Shown here piece by piece: positions 53,250-54,340 of a stretch of 54,340 nt of DNA. Within the stretch, counting starts at the first letter, position 1; every line of letters starts with the position of its first letter. This stretch comes from an uncultured Muribaculaceae bacterium (GTDB lineage Bacteria; Bacillota_I; Bacilli_A; RF39; UBA660). The notes under the pieces were generated by a model. That model saw only the letters and a list, made by a program, of their open reading frames with translations. It was not told the DNA's origin and did no database searches. The DNA lies in NCBI GenBank assembly GCA_964461005.1, contig CAYWQQ010000001.1, forward strand, positions 5,890 to 60,229. The letters are read 5' to 3'. A program made the translations under genes and the position numbers.

Positions 53250-53258
53250 ATTATAACA
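53250..53258 (-). promoter_or_regulatory. extended -10 promoter (TGtTATAAT) upstream of recF-gyrB-gyrA
   Basis: Reverse complement of 53250-53258 reads TGTTATAAT. There is no good -35. It lies about 45 nt upstream of the SD at 53208-53212. Confidence 0.5.
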
Positions 53259-53307
53259 CTTTTTGTTGCTAAAAACCACAATAAAACAAAAAATAACACA
53301 AAAAGTG

Positions 53308-54340
53308 CTATTTCCCTAAACAAAAATTTTTAAAAATATAATTTATTATCTCTTGTTCATTGTTTTCTCCAATAATGAAGCCCAATATGTTGAAAATTTC
53401 TTTTAGATCTATTTCAATTATATCAATAGGCATATTTTCTTTTAGCTTTTTTGCTACGATTTCTGAAATAGATACTATTTTTTTAAGAAATGCTATTTGA
53501 TTTGAATTTGTTATAAAATTAAAATCTTTTTCTTCCATCTTATCAAGTTTAAAGAGATTAATAATTGCTGTTTTTAGTTCTTTTAGTCCTTCTTCTTCAA
53601 TGGTGTTTCCTTCAACTATTGTTTCTCCCTCTATTTTTATCGGTTTTTTTTGCTTTGTTGAATCGTTTTTATTTACAAATATTATTTTGGGTTTGTTTTT
53701 TATTTTTTTAATGGTTTTTATATCTTCTTCATCTAATAATTGGCCTTTTTCAATTGTGTAAATGATTAAATCGGATTGTTCAATTAATTCTAAGCTTTTC
53801 TTAACACCGATTTTTTCTACTAAGTTATTTGTCTTTCTAATCCCTGCTGTATCAACAATCTTAAATAGTATTCCTTCTATATTTATCGTTCCTTCAACTA
53901 TATCTCGAGTTGTTCCGGGAATGTTGGTAACAATTGCCTTGTTTTCGTTTAGCAATTTATTTAAGATACTACTTTTACCAACGTTGGGTTTTCCTAAAAT
54001 TAAAACCTTAATTCCTTCTTTAATGATTTGTCCTTCTTGAGAATCAGTTATTATTTTAGCTATTTTTGTATTAATTATGCTTAATTGTGTTTTTATCATC
54101 TCATTTGTAACAATAACTTCATCTTCATATTCTGGATAATCAATATTTACTTCAATATTTGCCAAAATTGCTTTTATATTTTCTCTTAGTTCTTTAATTT
54201 TATTTGAAACATTACCTGATAATTGGTTAAAAGCAACTTTCCTCATTTTTTCTGTTTTAGCTTCTATTAAATCCATGACCCCTTCTGCTTCTATTAAATC
54301 AATTCTGCCATTTAAATATGCTCTTTTGGTAAATTCTCCA
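53308..54340 (-). CDS. mnmE: tRNA modification GTPase MnmE (partial; 5' end beyond the right edge)
   Basis: The frame stays open upstream of the ORF-track Met to the window edge (…GEFTKRAYLNGRIDLIEAEGVMDLIEA…). G-domain GKPNVGKSS and DTAGIR motifs are present, with the characteristic C-terminal FCLGK. Ends in TAG. Confidence 0.93.
   Translation of the reverse strand, partial: GEFTKRAYLNGRIDLIEAEGVMDLIEAKTEKMRKVAFNQLSGNVSNKIKELRENIKAILANIEVNIDYPEYEDEVIVTNEMIKTQLSIINTKIAKIITDSQEGQIIKEGIKVLILGKPNVGKSSILNKLLNENKAIVTNIPGTTRDIVEGTINIEGILFKIVDTAGIRKTNNLVEKIGVKKSLELIEQSDLIIYTIEKGQLLDEEDIKTIKKIKNKPKIIFVNKNDSTKQKKPIKIEGETIVEGNTIEEEGLKELKTAIINLFKLDKMEEKDFNFITNSNQIAFLKKIVSISEIVAKKLKENMPIDIIEIDLKEIFNILGFIIGENNEQEIINYIFKNFCLGK

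Noticed and set aside
53185-53307. Possible oriC / DnaA-box cluster next to recF-gyrB-gyrA
   Set aside because: I saw no TTATCCACA/TGTGGATAA-type boxes in this spacer or in the gyrA-ffs spacer. The only near-match I noticed (TTATCCACC, 19658-19666) is isolated and lies inside the DMT coding frame. dnaA and dnaN are absent from the window.

Overview
This is a very AT-rich chromosome segment of the low-GC Gram-positive type. It uses the standard genetic code: TGA, TAA and TAG each terminate clearly homologous genes, and Trp is TGG. The window holds about 55 tightly packed genes, all on the minus strand except two. Nearly all are core housekeeping genes arranged in blocks syntenic with the Bacillus subtilis origin-proximal region. 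From high to low coordinates: mnmE(partial)-recF-gyrB-gyrA, SRP RNA-tadA-dnaX-ybaB-recR-holB-yaaT(ricT)-rsmI-pth-dut-metG-tatD-3D-domain protein-rsmA-spoVG-divIC-mrnC-rlmB-sigH-secE-nusG-rplKAJL-ybxB-like methyltransferase-rpoB-rpoC-secG-rnr-smpB, an orphan plus-strand ORF, ssrA (tmRNA), a broken DMT/EamA permease locus, femX-like (plus strand), murD-eno-holin-IV-like-lgt-trxB-HD protein-whiA-parA-parB-DUF951-abgT family-ychF-uppP-DUF1450-pta-dusB-lysS-YfcC-like transporter, and a partial repeat-protein gene at the left edge. Cell-wall genes (murD, femX-like, uppP, lgt, 3D-domain protein) indicate a walled organism despite the Mollicutes-like base composition. The ORF track misses or hides four things. 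These are tmRNA (masked by a spurious 139-aa ORF), a small SRP RNA (masked by an N-terminal over-extension of tadA), the left-edge repeat-protein CDS (no stop in the window), and the N-terminal part of the DMT locus. I corrected many ORF-track starts using Shine-Dalgarno placement and homology. I found no CRISPR array, transposase, integrase, phage module, defence-like operon or toxin-antitoxin pair, so I cannot support a claim of a novel multi-gene system here. The items worth a second look are modest. They are a single 290-codon DMT frame broken by two in-frame TAG codons, and a start-site/frame anomaly in a 23-aa-repeat membrane protein. There is also an orphan divergent ORF between smpB and ssrA, and an unexplained palindrome plus direct repeats between gyrA and the SRP RNA gene. 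A G-rich hairpin motif is duplicated ahead of both rplK and rplA, and recF lacks an SD but is overlapped by a short SD-driven upstream ORF.
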